Source of the DNA: a virus
Taxonomy: Duplodnaviria > Caudoviricetes
Length of the DNA stretch: 51,580 nt
Direction: 5' to 3' (one strand)
Virus record (IMG/VR): IMGVR_UViG_3300020061_000009
Span: 1 to 51,580 of that record
Shown: positions 33,446-43,536 of the stretch, piece by piece
How the letters are laid out: every line of letters starts with the position of its first letter
Position numbering within the stretch: position 1 is the stretch's first letter
Translations under genes and position numbers: made by a program
The notes under the pieces: generated by a model
The model's input: the letters and a program-made list of their open reading frames with translations, nothing else
What the model was told of the DNA's origin: nothing
Databases searched by the model: none

Positions 33446-34770
33446 GTGAGGACTCCGGTGAGTCGCGGAATGATGGTGATCTGCTCCGCGGCCCGGGTTG
33501 CCGCGGTGTACAGCCACCGTTGTCCGGCTTTGTGGCCCGCGGCCCGGGAGTGCCCGTGGTCGGGTAGGCCGACGTTGCGGCGGGCCTTGGCCTCGTCCCT
33601 CTCGGCGATGGACGCGAACACCCCGGACTCGTCCACGACCAACACACGTGCCCACTGTGACCCTTGGGCTTTGTGGACGGTGACGGCCTGCCCGTAGGTG
33701 GCCGCGGCCACGGACCCGTGACCGTCACGCTTCGCGAGTTTCTCCCCTTCGACGCCGCCGAAGCCGGCCCGCCAGGACACGATGGAACGTTCCTGGCCTT
33801 CCTCGTCGGTGACGTCAAGCCGGATGCGATCGGGGTAGCCGTCCACGTCTGACGAGGTTCGGACTTCGAACTGTTGGCCGTTGAAGACTTCGGCGTTGGC
33901 ACTGTTGGCGAGGATCATGATGCGGTCGCCGGCGGTGGGCATGTCGCCGGTCAGGCCACGCAACGCGCGAAGTAGGTGGATGGCTTGCCAGCGGGTTTTG
34001 TTGGTGCCGCAGAGGACCTGGTCGGCTGCGAGGAGGTTGGGGATCGTGATGCGGTCGGTGCGGCCACTGTCACCATCCAGGCCGCAGATGCCGTAACCGG
34101 ACTGGCCTAGGGTCGCGGACCGGATGGTCGTCGCGATCCGGGTGACGGGCGAGTCGAGCGCGGATCGGTGAATCTCGGTCAGTAAATGGTCTGGTTCGGC
34201 GTCGATGAAGTAGCCGCCGCCGTCTACGGGAGGCAGTTGGGCCGGGTCGCCAAGGACGAGGGTTTTCCGGCCGAAGGAGAGCAGGTCGAGGGCGATGCGT
34301 TCGCCGACCATGGACACCTCGTCGATGACGAGGAGGTCCGCGTCGGTGAGTTCGGTTTCGTCCTCGTCGCGCAGGATCCATGTGGGCGATTCAAGTTTTT
34401 TCCGTTCGAGGTCGATTTGGCGTTGCAGGATACGGCGTTGCCCTTCGTCGGTTTGACCTTCGAGGGTTTCGAGGAGGGTGGTGAGGTGTTTGCGGGCTTT
34501 CTCGGCGGGGAGGTAGATGAGGCTGTGGATGGTGGACGCGCCGACGCATCCTTTGCTGCGCAGCACGTAGGCGGCTTTGCCCGTGTAGGCGGCGTAGATG
34601 GTGTTGGATGCGTTGAGCTGGTCGACGAGGTAGCTCGCCACTGTCGATTTGCCGCTCCCGGCGTAGCCGAACAGGCGGAACACCTGGTCGCTGTCGGACT
34701 GGTACCAGGTTCGGAGTTTGTCCGCACCCTGTGACTGTTGTTCGGTGAGTTGGATGGTGGCTGTGGTCAC
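33442..34770 (-). CDS. RecD/Dda-like SF1B helicase
   Basis: GYAGSGKS, TIHSLIY, DEVSM, GDPAQLPPV, TVHKAQGSQW and YTAATRA motifs. Confidence 0.92.
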   Translation of the reverse strand: MTTATIQLTEQQSQGADKLRTWYQSDSDQVFRLFGYAGSGKSTVASYLVDQLNASNTIYAAYTGKAAYVLRSKGCVGASTIHSLIYLPAEKARKHLTTLLETLEGQTDEGQRRILQRQIDLERKKLESPTWILRDEDETELTDADLLVIDEVSMVGERIALDLLSFGRKTLVLGDPAQLPPVDGGGYFIDAEPDHLLTEIHRSALDSPVTRIATTIRSATLGQSGYGICGLDGDSGRTDRITIPNLLAADQVLCGTNKTRWQAIHLLRALRGLTGDMPTAGDRIMILANSANAEVFNGQQFEVRTSSDVDGYPDRIRLDVTDEEGQERSIVSWRAGFGGVEGEKLAKRDGHGSVAAATYGQAVTVHKAQGSQWARVLVVDESGVFASIAERDEAKARRNVGLPDHGHSRAAGHKAGQRWLYTAATRAAEQITIIPRLTGVLT

Positions 34771-35003
34771 GTTGTCTGCTCCGTCCGGTGGAACCACGTC
34801 CAGGCCGTGAGGTTGCGCCACGACTCGTCAACGGGTACGGCCGCGGCCAGGACGATGGCGAGGCTGAGCCAGTCCTTGCCTTCCATCGTGGTGGCGAGCC
34901 AGCGGTGGACTTCGGTTGGCGGATCGTCCCGGACTCGTGTCACGAGTTCCACCGCGATGGTGGCGAGGGGCTCCGCGAGCTCGTCAGGTCCGGCCTGCGT
35001 CAT
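34767..35003 (-). CDS. Hypothetical protein
   Basis: Coupled ORF. Confidence 0.65.
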   Translation of the reverse strand: MTQAGPDELAEPLATIAVELVTRVRDDPPTEVHRWLATTMEGKDWLSLAIVLAAAVPVDESWRNLTAWTWFHRTEQTT

Positions 35004-35467
35004 CGTGGGCACCGGGGGGCTAGGTCGGTGGGTACGAACCGGGCTGCGTCGTCGGAGAGGCTCTGGTCGCCGTAGGTGTGGTCCGTGCAGCCTGGCCACC
35101 AGCCGCGGCAGTCCGTTGAGGCGCTGTGGGTCAGCCGCAGGGAGAAGACGGGCTGCGGGTTGGTGTCCGTCGGGTTCTCCACGTCAACATGGCATTTCGG
35201 CCAAAGTTTGTTGCCGTTGGTGTAGGTGAGTCGCCGGTACCAGCAGTTGCCACACCGTCGTCCCGGCGCGGCGCGGTCGTCAGGTGGCGCCGCTTCAGGA
35301 TGGAGCCGGCCGCCGAGAGGGTGCCGACCCTTCGCCAGGGAGGCGGACTGGCGAAGGGTGCGGCGCCGGTCCGCGGACAGCCTCTCGACAGGCACAGGGG
35401 GCACCGCTGCACCGTCGGGCAGGTCGAAGAGCCCGCAGTCGGGTGGCGTCGCGGGATCAGAAATCAT
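35000..35467 (-). CDS. Cys-containing conserved phage protein
   Basis: LSADRRRTLRQ...GRHPL...CGNC...KC. Confidence 0.65.
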   Translation of the reverse strand: MISDPATPPDCGLFDLPDGAAVPPVPVERLSADRRRTLRQSASLAKGRHPLGGRLHPEAAPPDDRAAPGRRCGNCWYRRLTYTNGNKLWPKCHVDVENPTDTNPQPVFSLRLTHSASTDCRGWWPGCTDHTYGDQSLSDDAARFVPTDLAPRCPR

Positions 35468-35777
35468 GTCCGCACTCCTGGCAGCCGTAGATCCGAGACG
35501 CGCGTGGTACGAGGACCCTTCGGCGCAGCGCGCCGAACCGGGTACCGAATCCGTTGCCGCGCAACCATGGCATTGAACCCCGACCGCGGGACGCCTCACG
35601 CCGGTAGGCGCGGCGCAGGTCCCGCCTCGTCCGATAACAGTGAAAGCACTCGCCGCACACAACGTACTCAGAGCCGTCCACGAGCTCGTCCACGCCGCAG
35701 CTGTGGCAGTGCACGTGGTGGCAGGCGTTGGTGACCTCGTGCCGTTCAGTGAGGCGGTAGGCCGGATGTAGCATCAC
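35457..35777 (-). CDS. Zn-finger hypothetical protein
   Basis: CGECFH and CQECGHDF motifs. Confidence 0.65.
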   Translation of the reverse strand: MMLHPAYRLTERHEVTNACHHVHCHSCGVDELVDGSEYVVCGECFHCYRTRRDLRRAYRREASRGRGSMPWLRGNGFGTRFGALRRRVLVPRASRIYGCQECGHDF

Positions 35778-35917
35778 TCGTCGCTCCCTTCGCTCACGAT
35801 ACGGTGGGAGACGTCACCCGCAGGTCGATCTGGTAGGTCGTGCACCGGAACCCGTCGCGTCTCTCTCGTGGTTGGTGGGCGCGGAACCCACGGGGGGTGC
35901 CGCGCCCACAGCGCGGA

Positions 35918-36844
35918 TTACTTCGTGCCGAGGAGAACTTGGCCGTCAACGCCGAGGATGAGGGTGCAGTTCGGGTTCGCGGAACATGCCTGAATTGCCT
36001 GCAGTTGCAGCTTTGCCTTCTCCAAAGCCATCCAGGACTCGTTGCGGTACAACGCATCCTGCGCCTGGGCAGCCTTGACCTGGCCCTCCGCGGTGGCGAT
36101 CTGCGCCGCGGCCTGCTCCAAGGCTTTCTGCTTGTCGTTGCGGGCCTGCTGAATGCCGGGGTCTGCGTAGTCGACGTCCTTGACGAGGATCTCGACCTGC
36201 GGGCAGGTCTTACCGCCTCGGACGAACGCCGGGCCGCAGAAGTAGTCCTCGCCCGTGACCCGTTTCAGTTCCTTCGCGAATTCCTCCGACACCTTGGCCT
36301 GAACGTCCGGCAGTGCTGTGCCTGCGACCAGTTCGTCGGCGGAGTAGTTGCGGACTACGGTCCGTTTTGCCTTCTCCAGTGCGGGGACCACGGTGTTCAG
36401 GAGCATTTTCTTCCAGCCGTCTTCGTTGTCCGCCCCGTATCGGCGGCCGAGTCGCTCCCAGAACTTGACGATGACGCTGTCCTGGCCGTCGTTGCAGGTC
36501 GTGTTCAGGGTGAGGTTTGTTTGGCTCCATACGTTGACTTGGACGCCGGACGGCTGGTTCGGCTCGGGTTTGCTTGCCACGGTGATCGGGACGTTGGTGT
36601 CGCCTCCCTGCGGGGCGATGTTCCAGGTTCGGATGTTGTTCGGCAGCCACACCACACTGTTGTTGGCGAGCCATTCGTCGGACGCACCGGGGTCAATGCA
36701 GTGGTCGAATTTGTAGCCGTCGCTCTGCCCCTGCGCGTAGTAGAGACCGACGCTGTCCGGTTCGGCGATCTCCGAGCATGCGGACGCGGCTCCGATGGTG
36801 AGTACGGCCAGTGCCGCGACGATCGCGGCGCGAATCCGGTTCAC
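35918..36844 (-). CDS. SPFH/band-7-like lipoprotein
   Basis: Signal peptide with ASAC lipobox; C-terminal coiled coil. Confidence 0.75.
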   Translation of the reverse strand: MNRIRAAIVAALAVLTIGAASACSEIAEPDSVGLYYAQGQSDGYKFDHCIDPGASDEWLANNSVVWLPNNIRTWNIAPQGGDTNVPITVASKPEPNQPSGVQVNVWSQTNLTLNTTCNDGQDSVIVKFWERLGRRYGADNEDGWKKMLLNTVVPALEKAKRTVVRNYSADELVAGTALPDVQAKVSEEFAKELKRVTGEDYFCGPAFVRGGKTCPQVEILVKDVDYADPGIQQARNDKQKALEQAAAQIATAEGQVKAAQAQDALYRNESWMALEKAKLQLQAIQACSANPNCTLILGVDGQVLLGTK

Positions 36845-37158
36845 AGTTCCTGTGCCTTCCTGTTTCTGTAGCGGGCCGTCCACGCCGCGATTTCGCGGCG
36901 GGTGGAGGTGCGAATGATCTCGGGGTCCGTCATCTGCTCGACGGTGTTGTTGACACCGATGGCGGTGAGGATGCGGTGTGCGTCGAACAGAAGCTCTCCG
37001 AGTTCACGTTCCTGTGTTGCGTTCAGGTCGCCCTTGATGGGGCGCCCTGCCCGCTTGTCGTCTTGCTTGTCGCTGCGGCGGGCATCCCATGCCAGCCACA
37101 CGAGCACGGCGATCATGGACACCACGAATATGGTGCCGACTACGACCACTCTGCCCAC
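36841..37158 (-). CDS. Single-TM protein
   Basis: N-terminal hydrophobic helix; GTGA coupling. Confidence 0.7.
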   Translation of the reverse strand: MGRVVVVGTIFVVSMIAVLVWLAWDARRSDKQDDKRAGRPIKGDLNATQERELGELLFDAHRILTAIGVNNTVEQMTDPEIIRTSTRREIAAWTARYRNRKAQEL

Positions 37159-37159
37159 G

Positions 37160-37369
37160 TCATTCCCCCCGCCCCAGCGCCGCCATGACGACTGCGAACA
37201 CGGCGACGGCGAGGCAGCAGTAGACGAAGAGGACGACGGAGATCCACAGTGGCGATAGGACCCACAACCAGGACCAGGCGATGACGTGGGTCAACTTCAG
37301 CACCACGAACGTGATGGTCAGCAGCCCCGCGAACGAGATGCTGGTGCCTCCGACGTTGTTGCTTGCCAT
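37160..37369 (-). CDS. Small phage membrane protein
   Basis: LLTITFVVLKLTHVIAWSWLWVLSPLW. Confidence 0.8.
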   Translation of the reverse strand: MASNNVGGTSISFAGLLTITFVVLKLTHVIAWSWLWVLSPLWISVVLFVYCCLAVAVFAVVMAALGRGE

Positions 37370-37599
37370 CAGTCGAGCTCCTCGTCATCGATGGGGATGC
37401 CGTTGGCCGCGAAGGCGTTCATGATGGCGGCGTCGCCGCGGAACTCGGTAACGGACTCGTCTTCGGTGTCCCAGTCCGCGTGCTGCAAGGCCTCTATCAG
37501 CACACTCGCCAAGGCGGTCCGGGTGTCGGCGTCCGGCACCCGGGCCTGGAGCGCCCGTACGACCGGGTCGAAAACGTAGCTGCCGCAAGCCCAACCCAT
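37369..37599 (-). CDS. Hypothetical protein
   Basis: MGW..G...F...DWDTEDE; TGATG coupling. Confidence 0.7.
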   Translation of the reverse strand: MGWACGSYVFDPVVRALQARVPDADTRTALASVLIEALQHADWDTEDESVTEFRGDAAIMNAFAANGIPIDDEELD

Positions 37600-37961
37600 C
37601 AGTCGCCTTCTCCGGCAGCGTCGTACAACGGCTCGCCCCACGAGCGCATCGTGTGTCGGATCAGGTCGGCGACATTGCGGCCGTCGGGTCCCGTCAGTCG
37701 CGATGTGAAGACGGGGCACATGGTTCCTGTCGAGTCCTTTCCGGCGTAGACGAGCGCGGTCATCAGCGTGGTAGCCGGCATCTGCTGTCCGAACGGGTCC
37801 TTCGCCCTGTCTTTCGCCTCAGCATCGGCGATGCGGCGGTCAATCTCCGCCGTCGACATCGTCGGGGGCTGGACGCACAGTCGATCCCACGGGCACGTCG
37901 CGCAGATCGCCTCCGCTGGCGTTCCCGCCGCGAGCTCGGTCCTGGCCTGCTGGTGCGTCAT
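37599..37961 (-). CDS. Hypothetical protein
   Basis: CATCPWDRLC; coupled ORF. Confidence 0.65.
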   Translation of the reverse strand: MTHQQARTELAAGTPAEAICATCPWDRLCVQPPTMSTAEIDRRIADAEAKDRAKDPFGQQMPATTLMTALVYAGKDSTGTMCPVFTSRLTGPDGRNVADLIRHTMRSWGEPLYDAAGEGD

Positions 37962-38776
37962 GAGCCGACCGCCGGTGTGCCACGCAACACCGGTGCCGCG
38001 ATGCTGCCGCCGATCTGATCCACGATCGCATCGAACGCGGACCGTACCTTCTCCTCGACCTCATCCAGAATGACGCCGAGTTGTAGTTTCCCGTCGCCGG
38101 TCCGGTAGCGAAGACGCGCCGTGATCGCCTCGGCCGAGTCGTCGCCCTCGAAGACCAGCAGCGCGAGGGTCAACGCGTCGGGGATCGGCATCCGTTTCGT
38201 GTGCCCGGCGGTCGCGTCGATCGTCTCCTGGTATTGGAGCTCACGCTGTCCCGACTTGAGGATCGTTCCGGACTTGAAGACCGCGGTTGTCGTCGCCTGG
38301 AACGATTCGGCGAGTTCCAGGACGTCCGCCGCGTCCGGCTCGATGATGTCGGGACGGTGGTCCTCGATGAACTCGGCGAAACGCAGCTGCGGCATCATCG
38401 TGCCTGAGATGCCGCGCCACGCGTTCAACGACGGGCTGTGCCGCAGCGCGAGGACGAGCCGGTGCGCCGCCCATCCAGCCGCAGTGGTTGAGTGCGCGTC
38501 GAGCACTGCGGTGACCGTCCGCCTCGTGAGGTCGGCGTACACCTCGGACATACCCTCGGTGTGGTGCTTTTCCCAGTACGCGAGGAACGATCCGACGTTC
38601 TCGACCACTGTGGTCCCCTTCTTGCGGCGCGGGAGGTCGCGGTACTCGTCGCCGGTGAAGTCGAACTTGACCCAACCGGTGGGGGTCGGTGCGAGCCATA
38701 CCTTGTCGACGTCCAAGGGGACGGGTGGGGTGGCGACGCGGGTGGCTTCGATGACGGCGTGTGCGTCACTCATCAT
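37958..38776 (-). CDS. DUF2303-like phage protein
   Basis: SF.AY, AVLD.H, Q..FAEFIED and ARLRYR motifs. Confidence 0.8.
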   Translation of the reverse strand: MMSDAHAVIEATRVATPPVPLDVDKVWLAPTPTGWVKFDFTGDEYRDLPRRKKGTTVVENVGSFLAYWEKHHTEGMSEVYADLTRRTVTAVLDAHSTTAAGWAAHRLVLALRHSPSLNAWRGISGTMMPQLRFAEFIEDHRPDIIEPDAADVLELAESFQATTTAVFKSGTILKSGQRELQYQETIDATAGHTKRMPIPDALTLALLVFEGDDSAEAITARLRYRTGDGKLQLGVILDEVEEKVRSAFDAIVDQIGGSIAAPVLRGTPAVGS

Positions 38777-39132
38777 GCTGTCTCTCCGATCGTGGCGACG
38801 CCGCGGATCTCCATACGCGGCTGCCGCGGGTCATCGCGGGTGAGGTTGCCTTGCCCATCGGCGAAGAACACCGATGTGGGTGTTGCGGTGTCGTCCTGTG
38901 GTGCCTTGACGACGACTTTCGTGCCCAGCTTCAGCGCGCCGGCGGCGCCCTTAGCGACGGGCTCGATCGTGATGGTCAGCGCGAGGGTGCCCTTCTTGCC
39001 GGTTTCCGCCACGGCGGCGGTGAGGTCCGCGAGTTGCTCCGACAGGCTTGCGTGGACAACGCCTCTCGCGTGCTCGGTGAGGACCGCCGCGAAGGGCCGC
39101 ACTTGCCGGCCAGCGTCCTTAGGGTCTGGCAT
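38773..39132 (-). CDS. Conserved partner of DUF2303
   Basis: LADL..AV.ETGKKGTL.L.I...FF....GNLTRDDPRQ. Confidence 0.8.
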   Translation of the reverse strand: MPDPKDAGRQVRPFAAVLTEHARGVVHASLSEQLADLTAAVAETGKKGTLALTITIEPVAKGAAGALKLGTKVVVKAPQDDTATPTSVFFADGQGNLTRDDPRQPRMEIRGVATIGETA

Positions 39133-39786
39133 GTTTCCTCGTTCTCCCTCTCAGTTGTCGATGCTGCTTCCTCGGCCGCTGCCGATTTCCGTCGTCATGC
39201 GCCTCTGCCGCGTCGAGAGCGTCGAACAGGGTTGACACCGAGTTCTTCTGCGCGACCGCCTCGACGTACGCGACCCCGTCGCGGAAGTAGGTTGGCGCTG
39301 CCCTCGTACAGCCGCATGAACTCGCGGAACGTCTTCGTTCCGCCGAGGCCGCGGAGGATCGCCGCCTCGTCCAGCGACACGACGTCGAAGCCGCGCGGGT
39401 CGAGCTTGCCGTCCCTGACGGTCTCGTAGTTGGTGGTGTAGATGCCGTTCTCGGCAGCTTTCGTTGACGCTGCGGATGAACGTCACCGACAACCCGAGCA
39501 TTCGGGCGTCGCGGGCGAACTCCTGGCGGACGCCCAGCGGTAGCACGATCAGGCCGCGGCCGCCGCCAAGCTTGTCGAGCACGACCCGCACGATCTCCAG
39601 CTGAATCAGGGTCTTGCCGAGACCGAAGGCGGCGAACACCGCACGGCGCCCACCCCGGACCGCCCACGCCACCGCATCCCGCTGATGCGGTTTGAGTATG
39701 GGGTTGACGTCCGATGCGTCAACGTCGAGTCCGGCAGCGGTCGCGAGTTGCGCCTTGGCCGCGAGAAACCCAGCGTAGGTCGTCAT
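39119..39786 (-). pseudogene. Frameshifted, internally deleted SF2 helicase-DNA methylase fusion gene
   Basis: PHQ...FGLGKT, then TNYE...LDEA in another frame, then methylase-like tail PTYFRDGVAY in a third. Confidence 0.75.
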
Positions 39787-41471
39787 ACGATCGCCGTCCC
39801 CGCCGACATCCCGTCGAGCGCGTCAGCTACCCGCTCGCCGATCCACTGGGCCACGTTCGCGGACACCGCATTGCCGGCCTGCATCGTCTGCTCGCCCTGG
39901 TTCCCGGTCACGATGTAGCTGTCGGGGAACCGCTGCGCCCGCAGGCTTTCCCGCGGCTGCACCATCCGGTACAGGCAGTCGGCCACCTCGATCGGCCGGG
40001 TCGGCTGGCCGGTGACGAGCGCGAACCGGTCGCGGGTCGAGATCGTGTCGAACGGCTCTCCGATCGGCCGGGCCACGCCCTTCGTGTAGTAGGGCACGAT
40101 CAGCGCGTGGTGCGTCCCGCCGGCCGCGATCGTGGCGAGCGGGGTACGGATCGACGTGGCAGTGCCGTTGCGGCGCAGCATCGCGATGAACGGCTCAGGG
40201 GTGACGACGGCCTCGAAGCCCTTCGGGTTGGCGGTCCGGGTGCGCAGCGGTTCATCGGTGGCCGAGGTGACGGCGTCGGCCCACGTGCCGCCGACCGGCA
40301 CCATCATCGGCGGCACAGTCAGCGCCTCCGCCGCGGTGCACGTCTGGGTCGGCAGCGGCGCGTCGCCGACGGGCCATGCCCGCAGGTAGCCGGAGCCGGG
40401 CCGCTCGTAGGTGTTGCCCTTGACGGTCGTCAGCGTCGGCTGGCCGAACATCTGCAGCCCGGTCTCGACGCGCTGGATCGTGGTGGGCTTCAGGTTCAGG
40501 TCGCCCATGCGGGTGCCGAGGTCCGACCAGTTGATCGCGGAGGCGGCCGGCAGGATGTACGGCTCGACCCGCCTGGCGCAGGTGGGGCAGGCGTACCAGT
40601 ATTGGCCGTAGCTCGACGTGGGGATGCGCCGGTACCGGCCGACCTTGAGGTGACGCTTCAGCATCGACGGCGCCCACGTCTGCACACCTTGGACGTCGCC
40701 GTCGCAGCTGGCGCAGTACGACCGGGGCCGTGGGGCTACGTCGGGCAGCGGGATGCCGGTGCGGGTGAACACCAGGTACAGCCGGTCGCGCCACTGTGGG
40801 GCGTACGGGTTGTCGTCGTCGCCGACGTGGGCGGAGGACACGGAGACGAACTGGACGTTGTAGCCGAGTAGCCGCATGCCGTCGACCCACCAGTCGAACA
40901 GTGCCCACCGGTCGACGACGTCGGGGACGTTCTCGACCAGCACCGCCCGGTACCGGTGGACTTCGGTGGCGCGGATGATGTCGTGGAACGTGGCCCGGGT
41001 CCGTTCGAACCCTTCCTGCGCGACGTGGCCGTGCTCCTGCAAGAGGTCCATCTGGCCGGCCTTGGACTGGGTGCTGCGTTTGTAGCCGGTCTGCCGTCCG
41101 CCGGCGGGTGAGATTTCGGTGCAGATGGGTGAGGCCCAGAGGATGTCGGTGGTGGGTAGGCGTCGCATGTCGTAGTTGTTGATGTCGGCGCATCGGTGTT
41201 CGGCGTCGGGGAAGTTGGCTTGGTGGGTGTCGATGGCGCGCTGCCAGTGGTTGGCAGCGAGCTTCAGTTCGAAACCGGCGGCGTCGAGGCCGATGGAGGA
41301 TCCGCCGGCGCCACAAAACCCGCACTCCACACAGGACCCGGGACGGCCGGCCTGGAACCACCCGCCGACCTGGCGGAGCAACTCGGGCGGGTCCGGGATC
41401 CGGCGACAGTGGGCGCAGTCGCTTTGCATCAGCTCCGTGAGCGGGCACCGCTCGTACGTTGTGGCGTTCAT
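39783..41471 (-). CDS. C5 cytosine DNA methyltransferase; N-terminus fused to an unrelated Cys-rich segment
   Basis: FCGAGG, AANHW, SPICT, ENV, Q.RDR and QAGNAV motifs. Confidence 0.88.
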   Translation of the reverse strand: MNATTYERCPLTELMQSDCAHCRRIPDPPELLRQVGGWFQAGRPGSCVECGFCGAGGSSIGLDAAGFELKLAANHWQRAIDTHQANFPDAEHRCADINNYDMRRLPTTDILWASPICTEISPAGGRQTGYKRSTQSKAGQMDLLQEHGHVAQEGFERTRATFHDIIRATEVHRYRAVLVENVPDVVDRWALFDWWVDGMRLLGYNVQFVSVSSAHVGDDDNPYAPQWRDRLYLVFTRTGIPLPDVAPRPRSYCASCDGDVQGVQTWAPSMLKRHLKVGRYRRIPTSSYGQYWYACPTCARRVEPYILPAASAINWSDLGTRMGDLNLKPTTIQRVETGLQMFGQPTLTTVKGNTYERPGSGYLRAWPVGDAPLPTQTCTAAEALTVPPMMVPVGGTWADAVTSATDEPLRTRTANPKGFEAVVTPEPFIAMLRRNGTATSIRTPLATIAAGGTHHALIVPYYTKGVARPIGEPFDTISTRDRFALVTGQPTRPIEVADCLYRMVQPRESLRAQRFPDSYIVTGNQGEQTMQAGNAVSANVAQWIGERVADALDGMSAGTAIV

Positions 41472-41674
41472 AGCCGGTCACGTCGCCGCGCCTGGTCGGC
41501 TTTTATCGCCCGGGTGTGCAGGTCCGTAGCCAACTCCCTCAAAAGCAGCGCGCGCAGCCCGTGCACCATGGGGACATCACAGTGGGCGTGGCCTTCGCCG
41601 CGGGCAAGGAGATACTCCTCATCGCTGCGGGCTTGTAGCTCACGGGCCAACTCTCGGATCGTCTGCGAGTCCAT
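41468..41674 (-). CDS. Hypothetical protein
   Basis: GAGG RBS; ATGA coupling. Confidence 0.55.
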   Translation of the reverse strand: MDSQTIRELARELQARSDEEYLLARGEGHAHCDVPMVHGLRALLLRELATDLHTRAIKADQARRRDRL

Positions 41675-41694
41675 CCGTCACCTCACCAACCGGG

Positions 41695-41979
41695 TCACCG
41701 GGAGGCTCGGCGGCGGTGGCGCCTGATCTGTCTGGGGCTCAGACCACCCCAGATTCCGAATTCCTGACCGGTCGCGATCGCCCACGCTGCACACGGGTTG
41801 AGCAGTTCGCAGCCGCTACATACCTTCCGGGCTCGGGTGAAGGCAGCGGACCCGACGCTTTTTCCATAGCGTATTTCGGGGAACCACCACTCCGGGTCGA
41901 CGTCGTCTGCCGCGCAGCTCGCGGTGCCCTGACTCAGGAACGGCGGGTAGATCACAGCGCCACCTCCGGGGTAGATCAC
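41695..41979 (-). CDS. whiB: WhiB-family transcription factor
   Basis: C...DPEWWFP...ARKVCSGC....C...GIWGG. Confidence 0.9.
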   Translation of the reverse strand: MIYPGGGAVIYPPFLSQGTASCAADDVDPEWWFPEIRYGKSVGSAAFTRARKVCSGCELLNPCAAWAIATGQEFGIWGGLSPRQIRRHRRRASR

Positions 41980-42362
41980 AGCGCCAACGTGACGGCGAGT
42001 TGGACAGTGGCGGCGGATGCGCCGGCGACGAAACCTTGCCGCCAGGCGGTACTGAACCAGGCCGGTAGCACGCCAAGCCCGACCAGGAGGTCCACCGCGG
42101 CGGCCACCGAACGGGCCCGGTAGTACCGGGCGAAGGTAGGCCACCGGCCACGTTGGTCCGCCTCCCGGACACCGACCTCGTCCGCGAACTCTCGCCACCG
42201 ACGCGCTTTCGGGTCCCATTCGGGTGGTTCTATCCGCCACTGCGCGTCGACGGTCTCGTAGCCGTAGAGGAGCGTCGGTGGGTACACCCTGCCTGCGTTG
42301 TGGTGCTCGTCGCGTCGCCACCGGTTGATGGCAGCGAGAAGCCGCCGCTCGTCGTCGTTCAT
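41976..42362 (-). CDS. Hypothetical protein
   Basis: Coupled ORF. Confidence 0.6.
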   Translation of the reverse strand: MNDDERRLLAAINRWRRDEHHNAGRVYPPTLLYGYETVDAQWRIEPPEWDPKARRWREFADEVGVREADQRGRWPTFARYYRARSVAAAVDLLVGLGVLPAWFSTAWRQGFVAGASAATVQLAVTLAL

Positions 42363-42604
42363 TTCCGCTCCGCGAGTTGAAGTAGGGCCACAGCACAGAC
42401 GGCTGCGAGTTTGCTGTGGTCGAACTGGTCGAGTTGGTGCAGATATCCCGACACGATGCGGGTCGGATCGCGCAGTTCCACGATCGCCGCGGCAACGACC
42501 TCCACGATGTCGTTCACCGCCTGCCGGTATGCCGCGAGTTCCTGGTCCATGCCGCCCCGCATTGCCGGCGGGATGTCAGCCCACGTCCTGAAGTTGCCCG
42601 TCAT
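42359..42604 (-). CDS. Hypothetical protein
   Basis: GGAGG RBS; ATGA coupling. Confidence 0.65.
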   Translation of the reverse strand: MTGNFRTWADIPPAMRGGMDQELAAYRQAVNDIVEVVAAAIVELRDPTRIVSGYLHQLDQFDHSKLAAVCAVALLQLAERK

Positions 42605-42993
42605 GACGCCTCCGGGGCGTATCGGCCATCGGCGGTGAGGAACACCCGGCGGTGCTGGGAGGCGACGTAGACAGCAACCGTGAGCGGATCGGTGCCGGCG
42701 ACCCGCGACAGCCACCATCCGTTTGCTTCCGCCTCCGCTCGCTGTTGGTGGATCCTGCCGTGGCAGGCCGCGACGTTGGATGCTCCGCACACCGCGATGA
42801 GGTTCTGCGCACTGTGACTGTCGGGCTTGCCGTCGCGTCCCCGCCGATGGTGCAGGCACCAATACTCGCCGCGGTCGCCGAACAGTTGCATGCCGCACGG
42901 GACACATCGGCCCCGATCGCGGAGCACCACCAACTCAACCGTTAGTGGGTCAGGGCCGGAGGCCCGCCGCGGTTTCGTCGCGGTTCGCTTCAT
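42601..42993 (-). CDS. HNH endonuclease
   Basis: RD.GRCVPC...HHR...NL.AVC....CH..IH. Confidence 0.82.
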   Translation of the reverse strand: MKRTATKPRRASGPDPLTVELVVLRDRGRCVPCGMQLFGDRGEYWCLHHRRGRDGKPDSHSAQNLIAVCGASNVAACHGRIHQQRAEAEANGWWLSRVAGTDPLTVAVYVASQHRRVFLTADGRYAPEAS

Positions 42994-42997
42994 ACGG

Positions 42998-43534
42998 CTA
43001 CGGGTGAGCATCCGCCGCCTCCAACTCCGCCAGGACCACCGGCACGGCCGGACCGGCGACGAGGGCCATCTGACGCAGCGCCTCGCCCGCCACCGCGCCG
43101 AAGGCGGCCTTGGCCGCGGCGGTGGCTCGAATAGCGATGCCAGCGAAGTCGCCCCCGGCCCGCACCGACAGGCCGGGCACAACCTCGCCGGTATCGGGCA
43201 GACATGCCACCTCGCCGTTGACCACTGCCTGGGTGAGCAGGTAGGCCCTCCACGCTGGACGGACGACGGTGACCGTCTCAACCTCGGTCGGGTACCGTAC
43301 CGCAACCCACGAAACGAACGCGGCGTCGTCGGCGACGCCAACGGACTCGTGCGTCACCGACGCGGTAATCGTGGCCACGTCCGGGATCCGCCACGTGGGC
43401 GCGGTGCCCTGCTCGACGAACTCGGCCCGGGCATCGACGGCGAGATCCGATCGCAGCTTCGCGGACTCTTCCTTCGCCTTCGCCGCCACCTGGTCAAGCC
43501 AGATGATGGCCTGAGTCAACTCGGTCCGGGTCAC
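42998..43534 (-). CDS. Conserved actinophage hypothetical protein
   Basis: D..AFV.WV...YPTEV...TGEVVPG. Confidence 0.7.
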   Translation of the reverse strand: MTRTELTQAIIWLDQVAAKAKEESAKLRSDLAVDARAEFVEQGTAPTWRIPDVATITASVTHESVGVADDAAFVSWVAVRYPTEVETVTVVRPAWRAYLLTQAVVNGEVACLPDTGEVVPGLSVRAGGDFAGIAIRATAAAKAAFGAVAGEALRQMALVAGPAVPVVLAELEAADAHP

Positions 43535-43536
43535 GA

